Assembly (NCBI GenBank): GCA_965213685.1
Contig: CBDBZY010000041.1
Span: 352,001-416,000, forward strand
Source: a bacterium
GTDB lineage: Bacteria; UBA8248
Direction of reading: 5' to 3'
Length of the DNA stretch: 64,000 nucleotides
Within the stretch, counting starts at the first letter, position 1, and each line of letters starts with the position of its first letter. Positions 24,996 to 41,612 of the stretch are shown piece after piece. The notes beneath the pieces are model-generated. The model ran no database searches and was not told the DNA's origin. It saw only the letters and a list, made by a program, of their open reading frames with translations. The position numbers and the translations under genes are program-made.

Positions 24996-25092
24996 GCCAT
25001 ATTGTCGAGTGTTCTCTGTGACAAAATGAACAAACAAGGGCTAGTGGGTGGGGCTGGTTTATTCTTGTCACGTGAGGAGTGAATGCCAATAA

Positions 25093-25956
25093 TTGGCGAG
25101 CGGGAGCGAGCCAACCTGGTGATGTCAACAGTATGGTGGCTATGGTGGCCCACAGGTATATTTGCGACTTTTACCCTTCACACGATACTATATGGTGGCC
25201 CACAGGTATATTTGTATGGTGGCCCACAGGTATATTTGCGACTTTTACCCTTCACGCGATACTCGATATACGGTATGACCGATAATTAGACCCTCGATAT
25301 ACGGTAGGGTGCATTATTGGGACATACGGTATAGAGTGGCGGTCACCGCCGCGGAACAGCGGTCACCGCCGCGAAGGTGGCGGTCACCGCCGCGACACGG
25401 CGGTCAACGCCGCGAAGGTGGCGGTCACCGCCGTGAAGGTGGCGGTCACCGCCGCGAAGGTGGCGGTCACCGCCGCGGCACGGCGGTCACCGCCGCGAAG
25501 GTGACCGCCGTGCCGCGGCGGTGACCGCCACCATCGCGGCGGTGACCGCCACCTTCGCGGCGGTGACCGCCGCCATCGCGGCGGTGACGGCCGTGCCGCG
25601 GCGGTGACCGCCACCTTCGCGGCGGTGACCGCCGTGCCGCGGCGGTGACCGCCACTCTATACCGTATGTCCCAATAATGCACCCTACCGTATATCGAGAG
25701 AGTCTAATTATCGGTCATACCGTATATCGAGTATCGCGTGAAGGGTAAAAGTCGCAAATATACCTGTGGGCCACCACATTGGGCCACCATACCACCATAA
25801 TTTTTCTATAATTATTATAAGACGTACGTGTGACCCCCACTGTGGCTCCACACATACCGTAACGTTCACGTCAGTTCTAATTTAACGCGAATCACACGTT
25901 GCACATCCAGCCCCACCCCCACCCCACCCTCACATTGGCTCGCTCCCTCTCGCCAA
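25093..25956. mobile_element. MITE with TTGGCGAG ends carrying a ~650-bp foldback palindrome with a GC-rich 21-bp minisatellite core
   Basis: TTGGCGAGCGGGAGCGAGCCAA / TTGGCTCGCTCCCTCTCGCCAA ends; arms about 25215-25490 and 25500-25776, core unit GGCGGTCACCGCCGCGAAGGT; absent in the copy-3 upstream region. Confidence 0.75.
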
Positions 25957-26406
25957 CAATGTTCAACATTGTACTAGTATTATGCAATGTATTATGAATA
26001 CCGATATCTAAGGTAACCGCGTGCATATCACTGTGATATTGGTGTTCTAGTGTCATGGTTTTCAGTTGTTCACATGATTATGGCTCTCACTAGCGCAGCG
26101 CTAACATATATCCTCCTTAGTCTCGAGCCAGACGTATTTCAGTGCACGCATGCGCATCGTCCATGGTGAGGAGATTCGTATGTAGATATTATGGAACTGC
26201 AGCAGTTCTTTAGGGAGTAACCTGCACGAAGTGATGGTGAGAGAGAGCCTTCCTTGTGCAACTGTGCCCAATAATAGCAGCTATTATTAGGCATAACAAG
26301 GATGACACTCTCTCACCGCTGTTTCAGGATCTTCTGTGGAGTCTCAAATTCTCAATGTAGGACCAGCCTCTATTATACCATCACTGGACAGTCCATGTCG
26401 TGTTAA

Positions 26407-26984
26407 GGCAGGACGACCCTAAGACATGATTTTGCCTGATTTATGTTTTATTGTATTCTCCTAATGATGCCTGTTAGCGAAATAACGTAGTTTTGGGTGA
26501 TATGTCGGTTCATAGAATTATAAAATTTACGCAATATGCATATCGCTAATTATAGAAAAAAATTTGCCAATAACGGCTAATGCTGCAGAGACGAAACTTC
26601 GGTGGATGATTACTAAGCACGTTGGCTATCTAAGTTTGCTTTAAAAATCCGTGATGAATCTTTCTTTCTAGACATAATTATAATCGTTTTCTTCGTGCTG
26701 CAGAATTTAGAAAAACGGTAGCAAATTCTGCCGTAAAGTAGCAAGCCAAGCCTCGAGCAACCCATTGCGCATAAACTAGTTCACTCCCCTTTGGCGAGCA
26801 TCCACCTCTTCACCGGTTGGCGCCACACAGCGCCGAACGTCCAACGGTAGCGGGAAATATGAATTTTTTTCCCAGCGAATTTGCAACCGCGCCAAAGAAT
26901 TGCTGTCGTTTTAGCGTTGGTAAATGTAGGGGGAAAGCGACGGTAGAGTAGTTGACGAAGAACGCAATCATGACTCGCCCTCCC
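26407..26984. mobile_element. Kolobok-like non-autonomous element (TTAA TSD, GG...CC ends)
   Basis: TTAA|GGCAGGACGACC ... GACTCGCCCTCCC|TTAA; near-identical inverted copy at 60716-61289. Confidence 0.8.
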
Positions 26985-27494
26985 TTAAGATAATTATACG
27001 TGTAAACAATATATCAACTTCTGCATGTGATTACGGCGTAGCAATCCCCCACACATACAATGGTGTCTGTGCTATGTAGACAGCATAATATACATAAAAG
27101 AGGAAGTGTCCTCGTGCACGTGACGCTGGGCTGTCACATAATTATACATGCAGTATGCACCTTGACCACAGAGCTTCCCTTAATCATACAATACTGTAAG
27201 GGAACCAGACGAGACTTCTGCACCATGATGTAATGCTCACTTCTTCAATACTCCCAAGACACTTACTCCTAGCACTATTCTCCATGCTATGCACATGACT
27301 CTAATACATTAACGCGGACGTGTTAAGCATGACATTGTTCGCATGGCTGTAGAGTATATATCCTATTCTGGTGCACTACTAAACATTGATGGTTACTTTA
27401 ACCCATAAATATGGCTACCTCAGTTGCATCTCTCAACACCTGGCACTGAGTGGATGCGTAGAATGTGTAGGTACTGTAGGATATCCTCTAACTA

Positions 27495-28756
27495 CAGTAG
27501 AACCTCCCTGAGCGGACACTCCGAGAAGCGGACACACTCCCTAGAGCGGACAAGGTTTTAGTCACGATTGAAAATCCCATACTTGTAATACATTGGCAAC
27601 CTCCGAGAAGCGACCACCTCTAAACTCCGAACAGCGGACACTATCCTTGGTCCCAAAGCGTTTTTGCAACGTATTTTCACCTCCAGATAGCGGACACTCC
27701 GAAAAACACACCTTGACATTACAGCCCCTCCCGCAATTCAGCCACTCCCACACGTCACGTACCTTGCGCACGAGTTTTATGCATAAACAATAACAACTTG
27801 TAGATCTAGTCTATATCCACGGAAATCAAACTAGTCCACACGTCTTCAGAGAATCACTCTCGTGGCTTGTCAATACAAGGCTTTGTTCCATTAAATTGGT
27901 AAACATACGACATTTCAAGCCCATATCCAGTTCCTCGATATACTTTCCCTCCAGTAACTCTAGTTGGCTTACATCCCTTCTCAAGAACAGTGAAATAATG
28001 GGGGATAGGTTGAAGGAAACATGGCCTGTATACAATTAATTTTGACCTCTCATCACTGCAACAGCATTTCTATCCACACTCGGAATAATCAGTAGGTTCA
28101 GGTATCAGTGTTAGTGAACATTGACTATATACCTCGACCATTATAGACCATTCCAGTCACATGCAGTTATTAAGGCAAATATTAGACAACCTCTGAAAAG
28201 AGGACAACCTCCGAAGAGAGGACAAAGGCCATGGTTAGGCCTTGACACATTAATTATGCTTTTATTTTTTTCTATTCCCTTATACTTGCCATTCATGCCT
28301 ATTAGTTAACATATTATTCTTAAATTATGTTCCAAAATAATTATTTAGTACACAAACAAAATATCTCATTTTCTATTGTGCTAAAGCATGACAGAAACAG
28401 AAATTTAGAGATGATCCCTGCTGGTGGCTAAAAGAGTTCTGTGAAAATGAAAACACCCTTTCTGCAGCAGGAGAAGATGCATATGGCTGAACTAGTAAAA
28501 TGAGTTGGAAAGCTTTGGCCCAAGTCGGCACTTCATTTTTCGGTGATTTTTCCACCATGATACCTTTCAAGAGCACGTGGACATGGAGAAGGGGTTCAAG
28601 GTCAGCTTATTATTCTCACTGGTGTAAAGATTTAGTGATTATTCCAGCATAACTCTCTTATGCTTTTCAATGCCTATTATTCCCAAAATTATGCTAGCAT
28701 AATTTGTCAAGGTCTAGCCGTGGTACCAAAGTGTCCTCTGTTCGGAGGTTCTACCG
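27495..28756. mobile_element. Tc1/mariner (pogo/Tigger-like) non-autonomous element
   Basis: TA|CAGTAGAACCTCC ... GGAGGTTCTACCG|TA with repeated GCGGACAC subterminal motifs; empty site near 63680. Confidence 0.8.
28236..28716 (-). mobile_element. hAT deletion derivative nested in the pogo-like element
   Basis: TAGGCCTTGACA / TGTCAAGGTCTA ends, 8-bp TSD GCC(A/G)TGGT, hAT dimerization-domain remnant WAKAFQLILLVQP..SSPAAERVFS. Confidence 0.8.
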
Positions 28757-30025
28757 TAATGTGGGGAGGAAAAGGCAGTTTACCACTTCATTGAGCATGA
28801 CATAACACTGATTGTCCATGACTATGTGGAATTCGAGTAACTTGCCTGTTGACTGTGTTTCTTGTAATTTTAAGAACTACATCGTCCTACTCCTTATGTA
28901 ATTGTGTTGTACTCTTTTAGTATACATACACACTTATAACGTATTAATTACTATACTATTGGACGTTTGTCCCTCGAGCTCGGTGGGTTCTCAGGCTAGT
29001 ATATACTGCCATACTATAGATATGTTCCGTGAAGTTAAATATCTATGGTCATACGCACTTGAGCTGAACACCTGCTCACACCTGCGATTGTTCGTGAGCT
29101 TTTAGGGGGACGCTGCACGTGGAGAAAGAACACGCACTGCAGCCGCTACTCTTTCCACACCTGAGCTGTATGGTACAGCTCACATAATTATGTGATAGCA
29201 AAATGATTATTTATATGTCTATAGCTACTTCATCCTCTCACTAGACCAGACTGAAACAGCTCTTAGACACGTGCAGATGTCGATAGGGGTTGATTGCTGT
29301 CACGCCGTCAACTACCTCCTTGAGTACTAGTAATATTATGTTATACTGTATCAATGCTTACTAAGATGGTAAGAATGCGGGAGTAGTATCCCTTCTCCTT
29401 CCCCCGTATTCCTCCGCGCACGGGAAAAATACGGCTGGCATGCGAGGCTACTCCGACCTGCATGTGGCATAACGTCACTCAGAGCACGGGCACTGCACTT
29501 CCCGCATGCACGTCACTTGCCCGCCCACGTGATACCCCTCTTCCTTACTCCTCATTCTCCTCCTCCAGTGGTACTTGGAATACTCAGCCATGCAGAAAGA
29601 AGTTCTTGGGTTAGTATAACTAGCCTACCCCTGGCCCTTGCCCCATCAAATGACCAAGTTAATGAGCCAAACTCCCCTCAGGTAATGCTAGTGTCTCTCA
29701 GGCTCAAGTGAGCACTGCTGTACTAGGTGAGCAATTTGATTCTCTACCATATCTGCTAGCAATAATTGTGTAACTTCCACGATCAAGATAGCTGATGTAC
29801 ATGTACAGTATGTGTAAATACTAATAGAGACCACTCACATGTACATGCACAGTCATACAAATTGTTCTCCAGTCCAGTGGCTACATACAGGGCAAAGGGC
29901 GAGTGCAGAGAGCACCAACTAACAATGCCACACACTTTGAATGAATAACATTGTAATGATCAACAGCAGCACACATGTAAGTCCATCTCACAAAACAATT
30001 ATTATGCAGTACATTTTGATAACAA

Positions 30026-30177
30026 TCATTTTGAGGACTCCTCATACACACTCCTCCTGTACTGCCCTCTGTCTGGTAGTATGTACAGGGCAAGACTGCC
30101 AGTGACTGTGGCAGTGAGAGTGAGGAGACCCATCCCAGACACCAGGTGGAGGAGGAGGGTGGGCAGGGAGAACAGGC
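30026..30177 (-). pseudogene. Orphan P2X purinoceptor terminal exon (TM2 plus C-tail)
   Basis: Acceptor CCTCAG| then (G)LFSLPTLLLHLVSGMGLLTLTATVTGSLALYILPDRGQYRRSVYEESSK*, resembling the P2X TM2/C-tail consensus ([32 protein letters not shown]...YxxxKY). No upstream P2X exons were recognised. Confidence 0.65.
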
Positions 30178-30904
30178 CTGAGGGAGGGAGGGAGAGAACG
30201 GGAAGAGAGGGGAGTGGTAGGTAATACATAAATGTCCTACATACTGTACATGCACATGTACAAAAGGGGTTACTGGGGGAAATGCTGCTGAGCCTAAAGG
30301 AGGGAGGTAGGGAGTGAGGTAGGGAGTGAGGTAGAGAGGGAGGTAGGGAGGGAGACTGTAGAAGCTGAAATCAGAACTGATTTGGAGCTAGAGAGTAGTT
30401 GTTTTTGCAGAATAATCTTTTGAAACAAATCACAGTTTTAAGGATAATAATAGGACTAAGAATAGGGGAATAGAATAATAGGTATCAAGGCCTAATAAGG
30501 TCAGTGAAAGAGTCAGCGCAAGCTCTGCCTGAAGCAGGGAAACGATTGATAGGGAAAGGAGGAAGGAATGGGAGAAGGGAGTGAAGGAGGGAGGGAGGGA
30601 GGGAGGGAGGGAGGGAGGGAGGAGGGAGTACATGTACATGTACACTACATGAGTACATGTGCATGATGTATGGGTACACGTACGTACATGTACACATGCG
30701 CACTGCACAGTAGCTTGGCCATGATGTGGCTGCCCTGCAGGAGTCTGCCAGCCTTCAGAGAGTGGCGCTGTCTACCTCACACTGTGCTCCATGCATGAGG
30801 TGAGCCTTCTGCATTGGTGGGAGAGAGAGGGAGGGAGGGAGGGAGGGAGGAGAGAGAGGGAGGGAGGGAGGGAGGGAGGGAGGGAAGGAGGGAGGGGGAG
30901 AGGA

Positions 30905-31231
30905 ATCACCTCATCTCCCTCTGGTAGCTGGTCAATGCCCAATTCAATCACCTGGACACAGGGAAAAGGCTGGCCATGTGCCCATGCACACACTTTACTG
31001 CTCCACACACTACACTGCACACACAATACCAGAATGCACACACATGCATGCACACATGTACATGTATACGTGCATGTGGCTTTGTCGAAAGCCATAGTGC
31101 GCATTGAATAGAACTAGCGTCTTTCTCTCCCTCATGCTCACGCAGAGTGAAGCTCTCTGCAGGTTCACCTCGTCCGTGTCCCTGAGAGGAATCTCTATGG
31201 AGGACGCACCAGGTACGTAGCGCGTGGCCAT
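30905..31231 (-). pseudogene. CTR9: Partial CTR9 duplicate (exon 1 at 31231-31169, intron 1, truncated exon 2)
   Basis: Near-identical to 11815-12138 (MATRYVPGASSIEIPLRDTDE|[16 protein letters not shown]); homology breaks into a (GGAG)n tract near 30905. Confidence 0.92.
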
Positions 31232-33213
31232 CTCCACTCGCTGCCGCAGGCAAGAGGGAGCAGAGGCTGGAGCGATGGAGCGCAGTGAGCGCCAGGTGCT
31301 TCTATTTAGAGCACATGGGAGGAGTTAGTGGTCAGCCATACTCGTGGTCGTCCAGCGGCGTGGTCGGACCAGCAAAGAGCGTGTCTCCATGCGACTGGTT
31401 GTGCGAATGGACTACGCAGGGCAGGGCAGAGAGTCACAGCAATGGGAGATCAGTTATGAGTATGGAGCACAGCCATTGTGGAGAGTGGTGCGGATGAAGC
31501 TTATCGGACACATGTCGTCCTTAGGAGCTGCGAGAGCTGATTAGAGACACTGGCCGGCTCGCTATCGCTCACAAATGGGGCACCAAGGCCCGGATGCCAT
31601 GACCCTACAGCGCACTGCTCTCCATTGTCACCTCGTATCATACAACAGTGTTGTCCCTTCCTCCGCTGCGTGCCTCCCTCCCTGTTTCTCTTCTCCCCTC
31701 ACACTCTCTCCCTCTCCTCCTCCTCCCTCTCCTCATTCCCTTCTCTCTCTCTCACTACGGTATGCAGGACTACAATGTCCAGAGTTGGTTTGACCTGTTT
31801 ATTTGGTCGTGTGACAAGGGCTAGGAACTGCTCTACTTCCATCATACTCCCATCACGCAGGTAAAGAAAAAGAGAAACACAAGGTGTCATTCTCAACACT
31901 TGATCCCTCACTACATGTATATACATGTGGACCATCTGCTATTTATTCTGAGTTGTATTCTTATATGTGTAGGCTTGTTGCTTTGTTTTATTTCTAAGCC
32001 GTTGAGGTTGTTAGAGATGTCTAAGCCAGTGAAGTTGTTATATACATGTATATTTGTATGTATATTAATTTTTCTAGGCTTTTCTCCAAATATTAAGTTC
32101 TAAGCTGTTGAGGTTGTCGTGGATTTTAGTTTGTTTTATAGCGTGTGATTCTTCTTTCTTTCTCCCCTGTTCTCTTCTTTCTTTGATTGTGGTGCACTAT
32201 GCATGTGATTGTTCATGAACATGTACATGTACTTCTCTTTCTTCTCCTCTTCCTCCCTCCTTCCTCCTTATTCGTTCTTCCATTCCTCCTCCCTTTCCCC
32301 TTCCCTCCCTCTCTCCCTCTCTCCCTCTCTCCCTCTCTCCTGCAGAGCTGGCACTGGAGGAGACAGCACAGGGCACTAAATACTCACAGAACTGTCAGTG
32401 CCATCAAAGCCATCCTGTGAGACACGCACTGCAATCTGAGACAATTGTCTGGAATTGCTGCACGTCTTCACCATGTAGTCACTCTATCCCCCTCCTCCTC
32501 CTCCTCCTCCTCCTCCTCCTCCTCCTCCTCCCCCTCCCCCTCCCCCTCCCCTCCTCCTCCTCCTCCTCCTCCTCCCCCTCCCCCTCCCCCTCCCCTCCTC
32601 CTCCTCCTCCTCCTCCTCCTCCTCCCCCTCCCCCCCCCTCCCCTCCTCCTCCTCCTCCTCCTCCCACTCCTCCAGATTTTTCTATCACTCACTCCCCCTC
32701 CCTCCTTCATGTTCTCTCTCATATCATTACTGCTGTCTTCATCAGTCCAAACACGTGATGTCGCAATCATTCTTATGTTCTGAACAAACTGCTTTTAATC
32801 AAAACGTTTTAATCAAACTCTACAAAGATCACAATGCATTAATAACACAACACACATATCAGCTAGTGTAGGATGTTGGAGTGAGTGTATATAAGTAATA
32901 ATAATGCATATACACGAACACTTCATTGTATATATGAACAAGGTGTTTACTACAGTGTACAACCTAACTACAATATGATGTACAGTGAACATGTAAACCA
33001 ATATATTAATTTTAGTTATTCACAAATTAAATGTTAGGGTATAATAATTATCAAGCCAACACACATAATAGGAGGTTGTTTGTAGTGAAGTAACATGTAA
33101 TGCATAGCAGCATACACAAATTATTCAATGTAAAATCAAATCACTGCAATAATTAGTGGTAGTTCAAATGTACAGTTGTGCACAGTGAGGTGTTATCAGA
33201 GAAGCAATCAGTG

Positions 33214-36237
<3,024 letters not shown>

Positions 36238-36267
36238 CTGGAGGAAAGGATTATCACTGTGAAATGT

Positions 36268-38425
36268 GGCGTAAATGCGCCAATTATCGCTGTTTTTTAG
36301 CGATGGGGTTTTCCGACCACATAGAGCGTACGAGACGCGTGAGGTAGGGAAATCCCCTACAGTATGGGCCGCTGTAGCGCGTTTACATAGCTATGTAAAG
36401 CGCAACCTTCACGACGCAAAAACGGACTTTGTGCACCACATCTAGAGTGGCGATAATTGGAAGAGTTGCCCTAAATTCGCCACGTAGAATTTCCCGTATC
36501 AAAAGTGAATGTACAGCGTACAAAAGAAGTCCAAAACAAACATACTTTCAAAGTAGAGACATACTCCACAGTTACAAACAACTTTCAGGACGAGAAGCAT
36601 TGTTGTCACCAAGTGCACACACTGTATGAAAACAAGACCCACAGTCAACCCAAAACACAACTGAAGACTTGCAGCTGGCTGGCTCCCTGGCATTGCACAA
36701 TTTGCAGAGTGTACCTTCATCACTGTCACTGTCACTTGACTCATCTCGAAATCGAGCAGGGAGTTGCTGTATTCTACGTGGTCTGCTTCTTTCCGATGGT
36801 TCCTCTGACTCACTCTGGCAACTTTCAAGGGAGTCCAAGTCCTGATTAAGTGCTCGCTTCTTTCCTTTTTTGGATTGAACCTGATTAGCATTTCTTGCCT
36901 CCTCTCTCTCCTTTTTAGCATTTTCATGTTCCTCCTTCTTCTTCCGTTGTTCCTCCTCTTTCTCTCTTTTTTGTTTCTCCCTCTCTTCCTTCTTGTGCTC
37001 TTGTTCCTCCTTGCGTTTTTTCTTCAACTCCTCTGCCTCCCTCTCCTTTGCATCTTTTTCCTTCATCATATCAATGTACTCATTCTCAGTCATTACTCTT
37101 GCCCTCGTTATCCTCCTCCTCTTGGTGGGTTGGGTTTGAGGATCCATATCTGGGGTGCAGAATACATCAGCAAGATGAGCTGGAACCATGCCTGTCACAA
37201 CTAATGGATTGACAATTGAGGACCCTCGTCCAGATGAAGAGCAAGGTTGGGGGGGGAGTAACAGTGAAAGGAGTTGGGGTATTGCAAACATGTGATGGAG
37301 TGCTGGTCAAAGGAGCACCACCAGGACTAGAAGACAGGGAGTCTGGAATTGGATGTGAAACAATGGAAGACACCACAGGTGAAGGCGTCTCAGGAGCCAA
37401 TACAGATGTCTCTAACAGTGAAAGGAGTTGGGGTATTGCACACATGTGATGGAGTGCTGGTCAAAGGAGCACCACCAGGACTAGAAGACAGGGAGTCTGG
37501 AATTGGATGTGAAACAATGGAAGACACCACAGGTGAAGGTGTCTCAGGAGCCAATACAGATGTCTCTTCAGTTGTGGAGGTATCCGTGCTATCTAGAGAA
37601 GAGTTCTGCAGAGGCTTGTACACGTCTGATGGCTTCATCTTCTTGATGGCAATGGCATCTGGGTTGTATGGAAAAATGCCTGATTTCGAAAACCCCGCCT
37701 TAATATTTGACATTGAAAATGCTTTCTCAAAAGGTTCCTTGACCACTGAGGCAAATTTGCGTTTAGACACTACAAAATTTTTCTTAGCAAAGGAAAGGGC
37801 ACGCACTGACTTAAAAAAAGTTGTCCTTCAGGGACTTAAAAACGGCAACATCCAATGGCTGGAGAGCGTGAATTGAAGTGGAAGACAAAAGAGTATCACA
37901 CCACTCGATTGAGCTACATCAATGAGATCAAGAGTCATGTGTGTCTTGTGGCCATCAATAAACAAAATGACTGGTCGCTGTGGGGCAGCATACACAAGAA
38001 ATACTCTCTTCATCCAGCTCAAGAAAGAGCTCTGAGTCTGCCCACCCTGACTCACTTTTGGCATAAACTGCATCATCAGGACCTCTGAAAGTGTAAGGTC
38101 CTCCTGGAAAAGCTTCTGGATAAATGATCGTTGGTGGGAGTGCAATTCCAGCAGCAGAAGCACCAGAGTAAAGTGATGTGCTCAGTCGTTCCATGAGCTT
38201 GAGCATACGTGTACTTGGCTTTTTTGACTGTCACCACTTTCTCACGAGTGCCATTGAGAGGAAGGAACGTTTCGTCACAATTGTAAAGACGTCGGGGGAT
38301 ACACGTGATCTGTATAATAGCTGCGCATGCTCAAAACTTACACACAATGTTGTGTAAGGCAAGCAAAGCCATATGGCGATAATAGGCGTGGAAGCAGAAC
38401 TGGCGATAATTGGCACATCTACGCT
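36268..38425 (-). mobile_element. Degenerate pogo-type DDE_1 transposon with C-terminal PHD finger
   Basis: TIR GCGTA(A/G)ATG(C/T)GCCAATTATCGC. Frameshifted DDE pieces (ALPPTIIY, ESGWADSELF, PVILFIDGHKTH, NIKAGFSKSGIFPYNPDAI), a coiled coil and a PHD (CKLC...WVDCGSCFHTVC). Internal ~155-bp tandem duplication at 37258-37566; empty site near 20528. Confidence 0.88.
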
Positions 38426-41185
38426 ATAATTGTAAGGAACACTGTAGCAAGGAGAGAATGAATAGGAGAAGAGAAGAAGAGATCTAGAGGAATGGGTCTA
38501 AAAATTAATGTAATAAGGTGGAATGGAGGGGAGAAGGAAGGAGGGAGACTAGGGAGGAAGAAGGGAGGTGGGAAAAGTTGGAGGAAGGGGAAGAGAGGGA
38601 GGTAACAGGGGAAGAGGAGGGAGGAAGGAAGAAGAGGAGGGAGGAAGGGAGAAGAGGAGGGAGGAAGGGGGGAGAGAGGGGAGAGAGGAGGGAAGAAGAG
38701 GGAGGGGGGTGAGGGGAGGGGGGGAGGGGAGGGAGAGGGAGGAGGGGAAGGGGAAGGGGAGGGAGAGGGGAAGGAGAACAGGAGGGAGAGGGGAAGGGGA
38801 GACAGGGGGGAGGGGAGGGAGAGGGAGGGAGGGAGGGGAAGGGGAGGGGGGAGGGAGACGGGGGAGGGGAAGTGAGGGGAGGGGGGAGAGAGGGGAGGGG
38901 AAGAGAGAAGGAAGGGGGTTGGGAGGAGGGATGAGGGGAGGGGAAGGAGGGAGGGGGAGGGAGAGGGGAGGGGAGAGGGGGAGGAGAGAGGGGGGGAGAG
39001 AAGGGAGGATGGGAGGAGGGTAGGCTTCAGCATATTATGCTCGCAATTTTCATGTTTATGCTATGCTTGTGGGGAGGGGAGAGGGAGAGAGGGTGGTAGA
39101 GAGGGCTCAGAGGGGGGAGGAAGGGAGGGGAGGGAGGAGGGGAGGAGGAGAGGATGGGGGAGGGAGGGAGGGAGGGTGGGGGGAGAGGGAGGAAGACAGA
39201 AGGAGAGATATAGGGATATTGCCATGGAGAGAAGGTGAAAGAGAATAGGGGTGAGGAGGAGGCAAGATGAAGATAATTATTAATGAACATATTTTTGTAC
39301 ATCTACATGTATAGGGGATATGCTCCAAGTATGGAACATTGATATACTGCCACAACTTGCTATCTTTGATATCCCACACATTTTTCAGTAATACCTCCAT
39401 AAAGTAATAATATTATAGTTTGTTCAATGTGTAGTTAACTCCAAAAATTTATAAACCTTCTCAAGTACTACTTCACAAGGGAGAGGAAAGAAAGACGGTT
39501 ATGCCTAGTGTGTCCAGTGTATCTTGTATGTCTGGCCTGTCCAGTGTGTCTGTTCAATGATTTTCTAACTGGTACTCCGACCTGTACAGCTCTGCTCAAC
39601 AATATAGGGCTTGTACTATGTAATCAGACATGCATACTCGTCATGTCATCATTGTTCCCACGAAACTTTGTATTATAGCATGTACTTTGCAACCATGTCT
39701 TAAATTTTCTTCATACTTCCAGAGTTGACAATTCTTAAATTACTTGTCTCCTGCCTCTTTTTTTCCACTTTTGGCTTTCAAACTCAACATTTAGAGTTAA
39801 TACAGTAGAAATGCCCATTAATAAATTATTGAGATGGCTTAGACAAAGATATTATAACATGTCTACAGTCCACCCACTGTTCTAGTTTTTCAGCCCCATT
39901 TTCTCTCTTCCTATAATATTGTAATATGTGTACATCACCTCATGAAGAGCTGCATGTCACTCTGTGGCTAGTTCAGTGTGGCATACAGACCTCTTATGCC
40001 TACCCAACGTTTAAAATCTCTGTATATACAGTTAACATCATGTTCTGAAATAAAAGTTCCATTTCTGATTTGCTGATATCATACACTTTTTGTGAAGTTA
40101 CAAAACATTTGCTAAATTGTTAATTGTTTTATGCCGCAATTTAGCAAAAGATATACTAGAATTATAGTCTATTTTACTTAAAAATTGATTAAAAAACAAA
40201 AAGATCAATTGTGAACTATCAATTTCAAAATATTGGAGTTATAAATTCACAAATTTGATAATTAATTTAACTGTTCATAAAATGGTACATTTGTTGTCCA
40301 CATTCGCCGTAATTCCACCAAAATAAAGGATATTGTCACACTAAAATGCTGTATTAGTTATAGACTGTCTGTGCAACTTAGAGGTTTGTAAGCGAAGCCG
40401 CTGACTGCTCTGTAGCCTGAAACGCTTCTCTCACCCGCACTTCGTACGGCTAGGCATACCTAGCCAGGACACAGCCCAAATCACGTGGAAACTCGCGTGC
40501 CTGGGAAGAGGACGATACCAGCCGCCGATCAAATTCCCGGATTGCAGGTAGTACTATAGCCACTGGCTGTACGTGCATGGTGCCCCATCACCCCCTAACA
40601 GCCTGGGAACGAGGCTACAGCGATGAGCGGCACGCCGGTCAGTACGGATTACTGCATGCGCCGTTACACGCCTGGTGTCTAGCTGACATAGCTACACTTG
40701 CTAGGCGCCCCCGTTTACGCAAAGATATAGCTAGCATGTTCCAGGGCTCTCCCTAACGGCTAGGACTCATCCATCCTCACCGTTCTCTCCCTGACGTCAT
40801 TCATATAAAGGCTGTGGACAGCACCCAGGAATGAGGCTATGTCATTCATTATCACTGATACAGACTATCCAAACACATAAGGTAACACTTGCAATAATGC
40901 ATTTCTGATCGAGTTAATCTTTCAACTGTTCTCGTGTTAGAGCAAAGGAAGGATAATCTGGTAGTGCTATTACTAGACACAGGTGTACAAGCTCAGTAAT
41001 CCCTTGAGACTCAATCGCCTCACACCACATCACCAGAGTATCTACATGTATATAGTCATAGATCGTAGAGTGAATGGGTCACACAGTCTCTAATATCTGT
41101 GTTATAGTTCACTCCAGCGCGTGAGGTAGCGTTCGTGTATACCAAATTGACCGCACCCGCGCGGAGACAGTGTAATTAGAAGAGG

Positions 41186-41233
41186 CATAGATATTAGAAA
41201 CACGTAACCGGTTACGTGTTTCTAATATCTATG
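41186..41233. mobile_element. 48-bp perfect hairpin micro-element, 7-bp TSD GAAGAGG
   Basis: gaagagg|CATAGATATTAGAAACACGTAACCGGTTACGTGTTTCTAATATCTATG|gaagagg. Confidence 0.85.
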
Positions 41234-41397
41234 GAAGAGGCGACGTCCTCAAGCATCTGAGGTTGGGCTATCATGGCATGCACGACGCACTCTACCACAG
41301 GTCTCGCGAAGACACGCCTTCCCCGGCCAACCATTCCTATTATCCCGCTTTGAACCCTGACATATGCGAGACAGCTATATGGATGTGTGCGTGTGTG

Positions 41398-41438
41398 CAT
41401 AGATATTAGAGACACGTTACGTGTCTCTAATATCTATG
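41398..41438. mobile_element. 41-bp hairpin micro-element, 7-bp TSD GTGTGTG
   Basis: gtgtgtg|CATAGATATTAGAGACACGTTACGTGTCTCTAATATCTATG|gtgtgtg. Confidence 0.8.
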
Positions 41439-41612
41439 GTGTGTGTGAATCGCCTGGCTGCCACACGGAGAGCTGACTAGTCACCCGCCATGTGTAATGG
41501 ACAAAGACCAGCCTTGCGCAACCATGCCTTCTCGCGCGCGTATACCCGGAGCCACGCCTTGTTTTGCACGAACTTGTAAATCGTCAGGGGAATAAATATT
41601 TCTTCAGTATTA

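Noticed and set aside
30026-31231. In-frame CTR9-P2X fusion protein
   Set aside because: CTR9 exon 1 ends in phase 0, the P2X exon starts in phase 1, and truncated exon 2 has lost its donor.
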